Assembly: GCA_041651195.1 (NCBI GenBank)
Contig: JBAZJR010000001.1
Coordinates: 7,601-71,600 of the forward strand
Origin: Patescibacteria group bacterium
Lineage (GTDB): Bacteria > Patescibacteriota > Patescibacteriia > Patescibacteriales > UBA12465
Length of the DNA stretch: 64,000 nucleotides
Reading direction: 5' to 3'
A program made the position numbers and the translations under genes. Under the pieces are notes generated by a model. It saw only the letters and a program-made list of their open reading frames with translations. It was not told the DNA's origin and did not search any database. Shown piece after piece: positions 61,569 through 64,000 of the stretch. Every line of letters starts with the position of its first letter. Positions within the stretch are counted from its first letter, which is position 1.

Positions 61569-63224
61569 ATGATCAGATTTCAAGACATCTTCAAGCGTCA
61601 GATCAATAGTATAACCGCCGCGGCCAGCTTAGTTGCTTTATCTTCTTTGGCGTCGCGTTTTTTAGGTATCGTGCGCGATCGGATCTTAGCCGGCCAATTC
61701 GGAGCGGGACAGACGCTGGACATCTATTATGCCGCTTTCCGCGTGCCGGACTTGGTTTATAACTTGATCGTCCTTGGCGCCTTATCATCCGGCTTCATTC
61801 CGATCTTTACGGCGCTTATCAAAGATTTTTCTGGCCGGCACGGCGCTATGGATGAGGGGGCGGCTGATCGGAATCAGGCAGCCTGGGATCTGGCCAGCAA
61901 CGTTTTGAATTATTTATTTTTAGGCTTAGGCGTTCTATCGATTATTGGCATAATTTTCGCGCCGGCTTTGACGCGCTTGATTACGCCCGGCTTCGGCTCG
62001 GCGGAACAGGCGGATACGGCCGCCTTGACTCGCATCATGTTCTTATCACCTTTGTTTTTAGGTATTTCCGGAATCTTAGGCGGCATTTTGCAATCTTTTA
62101 AGCGTTTTATCATTTATTCTCTCGCGCCGGTCTTTTATAATTTAGGGATCATCTTCGGAGCCTTATTCCTCGTGCCTTGGTTCGGGCTCTATGGCTTAGC
62201 CTGGGGCGTAGTCTTAGGCGCTTTTCTGCATATGGCTATCCAGATTCCGACCGTCCGGCAGTTAGGCTTCCGCCATCGTTTTAAGATTCGGCGCCATGAC
62301 GCCAATACTTTTAAGATCGGCCAGATGATGGTGCCGCGTACTTTGAGCCTGGCTGTTTCTCAGATTAATCTAGTGGTTGTCACCGCGCTGGCTTCCGGTT
62401 TGGCCGGCGGTTCGCTTGCCATATTTAATTTCGCGAACAATCTACAATCTTTCCCGATCGGGATTTTTGGCGTTTCTTTCGCGATCGCGGCTTTCCCGTC
62501 ACTCGCGGCCACGGCTTTTGATAAAGAAAAGCTCACCGCTAATTTTTCTTCCAGTTTCCGGCAGATCCTTTTTTTCATCATTCCGGCCATGGTCTTGATC
62601 GTCGCGCTCCGGGCTCAGATCATCCGCGTGGTCCTCGGGACGGGTGCCTTCGATTGGCAGGATACGATCTTGACCATGGACACTTTAGGGTTCTTCGCGC
62701 TTAGTCTCTTCGCCCAAGCGACAATCCCGCTTTTAGTCCGGGTATTTTATGCTCGCCATAATTCGGCCACCCCGTTTTATATCGGCGTCTTTACGGTAGC
62801 GGTCAATATCGCCCTGGCTTTCTGGCTGACGCCTCAACTCGGCGTCGCCGGTCTGGCGCTCGCTTTTTCTATCGGGAATATCCTTAATTTTTTACTCCTT
62901 TGGGTCTGGCTATCCCTCAAAATCGGCAATTTGGATATTGGCAATATTTTAAAGTCCGTGTTAAAGTTTAGCCTTAGCGCTGTCGCAGCCGGCGGTGCGG
63001 CGCAGATTATGAAAGTGATCGTTTGGCCGTATATCGATATGACTAGATTTAGCGGAGTATTCATACAATTAGCCGCGGCCAGCTTGGTCGGACTCTTGGT
63101 TTATGGGCTATTCTGCTATTTGCTGGGGAGCGAAGAATTTTTCAGTTTCATATCGGCGCTCGGCCGGCGCTGGCCTTTCAAGAAGGTCGGCATCGATGAC
63201 CAAGGCGAGGCGCGGGGAGTTTAA
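61569..63224 (+). CDS. murJ: lipid II flippase MurJ (MviN)
   Basis: 551 aa and about 14 TM helices. The N-terminal SRFLGIVRDRILAGQFGAG...DIYYAAFRVPD is the MurJ signature. Confidence 0.9.
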   Translation: MIRFQDIFKRQINSITAAASLVALSSLASRFLGIVRDRILAGQFGAGQTLDIYYAAFRVPDLVYNLIVLGALSSGFIPIFTALIKDFSGRHGAMDEGAADRNQAAWDLASNVLNYLFLGLGVLSIIGIIFAPALTRLITPGFGSAEQADTAALTRIMFLSPLFLGISGILGGILQSFKRFIIYSLAPVFYNLGIIFGALFLVPWFGLYGLAWGVVLGAFLHMAIQIPTVRQLGFRHRFKIRRHDANTFKIGQMMVPRTLSLAVSQINLVVVTALASGLAGGSLAIFNFANNLQSFPIGIFGVSFAIAAFPSLAATAFDKEKLTANFSSSFRQILFFIIPAMVLIVALRAQIIRVVLGTGAFDWQDTILTMDTLGFFALSLFAQATIPLLVRVFYARHNSATPFYIGVFTVAVNIALAFWLTPQLGVAGLALAFSIGNILNFLLLWVWLSLKIGNLDIGNILKSVLKFSLSAVAAGGAAQIMKVIVWPYIDMTRFSGVFIQLAAASLVGLLVYGLFCYLLGSEEFFSFISALGRRWPFKKVGIDDQGEARGV

Positions 63225-63256
63225 TCTTAATGAATATCGGTTAGGTAATATTGGCT

Positions 63257-64000
63257 ATGACAGAAGAAACAAATAAAATCAGAAATTTTTGCATCATCGC
63301 CCATATCGATCACGGCAAATCGACCTTGGCCGACCGTATGCTGGAAATAACCGGTACCGTGGAGAAACGGAAGATGAAGGATCAGATTTTGGACGGGATG
63401 GATATCGAGCGGGAGCGGGGGATTACGATCAAGCTGCAGCCGGTCACGATGGATTACCAGGGTTATCAATTGAATCTGATCGATACGCCCGGCCACGTAG
63501 ATTTTTCTTATGAAGTTTCGCGTTCGCTGGCGGCGGTTGAAACCGCCGTCTTATTGGTCGATTGCACCCAGGGTATCCAGGCTCAGACTTTGGCTAATCT
63601 CTATTTAGCTTTAGAACAGAATCTGACAATCATCCCAGTCGTCAATAAGATCGATCTGCCGGCCGCTGATGTGCCGAAGACGAAGCGGGAAATTATCGAT
63701 CTCTTGGGTTGCCGCGAGGATGAGATCATCGCTTCTTCCGGCAAGACCGGCGCCGGGGTGGCCGATATTTTGGCGGCGGTCATCGCGCACGGCCGTTCGC
63801 CGCAGACGCCGGAGCGGCCGTCGGGCGCCTCGCTTAGCGTTGATTATCCGCGCGCCCTAGTCTTTGATTCTAAATATGATATCTATCGCGGCGTCGTCGC
63901 TTATGTCCGAGTGTTTGACGGCCGCTTGAAAAAAGGCGATAAGATCCGCCTGCTTTCCACCGGCGTAGAGAGCGAAATCCTAGATTGCGGGATATTCCGT
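63257..64000 (+). CDS. lepA: elongation factor 4 (LepA), 3'-truncated by the window edge
   Basis: My own translation from ATG 63257: [30 protein letters not shown]...[16 protein letters not shown]...NKIDLP. The frame is open to the end of the window. Confidence 0.9.
   Translation, partial: MTEETNKIRNFCIIAHIDHGKSTLADRMLEITGTVEKRKMKDQILDGMDIERERGITIKLQPVTMDYQGYQLNLIDTPGHVDFSYEVSRSLAAVETAVLLVDCTQGIQAQTLANLYLALEQNLTIIPVVNKIDLPAADVPKTKREIIDLLGCREDEIIASSGKTGAGVADILAAVIAHGRSPQTPERPSGASLSVDYPRALVFDSKYDIYRGVVAYVRVFDGRLKKGDKIRLLSTGVESEILDCGIFR

Overview
This 64-kb window looks like it comes from a small-genome bacterium. The gene content and style suggest Patescibacteria/CPR, but that is inference only. 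Most of the window is ordinary housekeeping sequence:
- khpA-rpsP, pnp, rpsO and rpsT.
- A cluster of four tRNAs, then holA-murI-murD-polA, murF-ddl and hpt.
- gpmA, yebC-ruvC, and a glycogen cluster (glgA, a GH57-like gene, a kinase).
- ftsK-murE, rpoB-rpoC, ADP-forming acetyl-CoA synthetase, GT2, murJ and a partial lepA.

I saw no rRNA, CRISPR array, integrase or transposase.

The stand-out region is a ~10.6-kb accessory island (about 33.2-43.8 kb) between a TrmB-like regulator and ftsK. All of its genes lie on the + strand.
- **Start of the island:** a near-consensus promoter is followed by a ~0.8-kb ORF-free leader.
- **Ribozymes:** the island is punctuated by five canonical type-III hammerhead ribozymes. 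Each is preceded by a covarying hairpin with a GUUC loop.
- **Leader motif:** five genes carry a conserved motif of an A-rich tract, a small hairpin and a Shine-Dalgarno sequence.
- **Genes:**
  - a DUF1874/AcrIII-1-like ring nuclease;
  - a P-loop NTPase with possible Csx3-like segments;
  - a RavA-like MoxR ATPase (Walker B Asp replaced by Arg) with a VWA partner and a 407-aa unknown;
  - a lipoprotein;
  - several tiny ORFs.
- **End of the island:** a long inverted-repeat terminator flanked by duplicated TGCTATAATA promoter-like sequence.

I could not run any homology or covariance-model search. All family calls rest on motifs read by eye.
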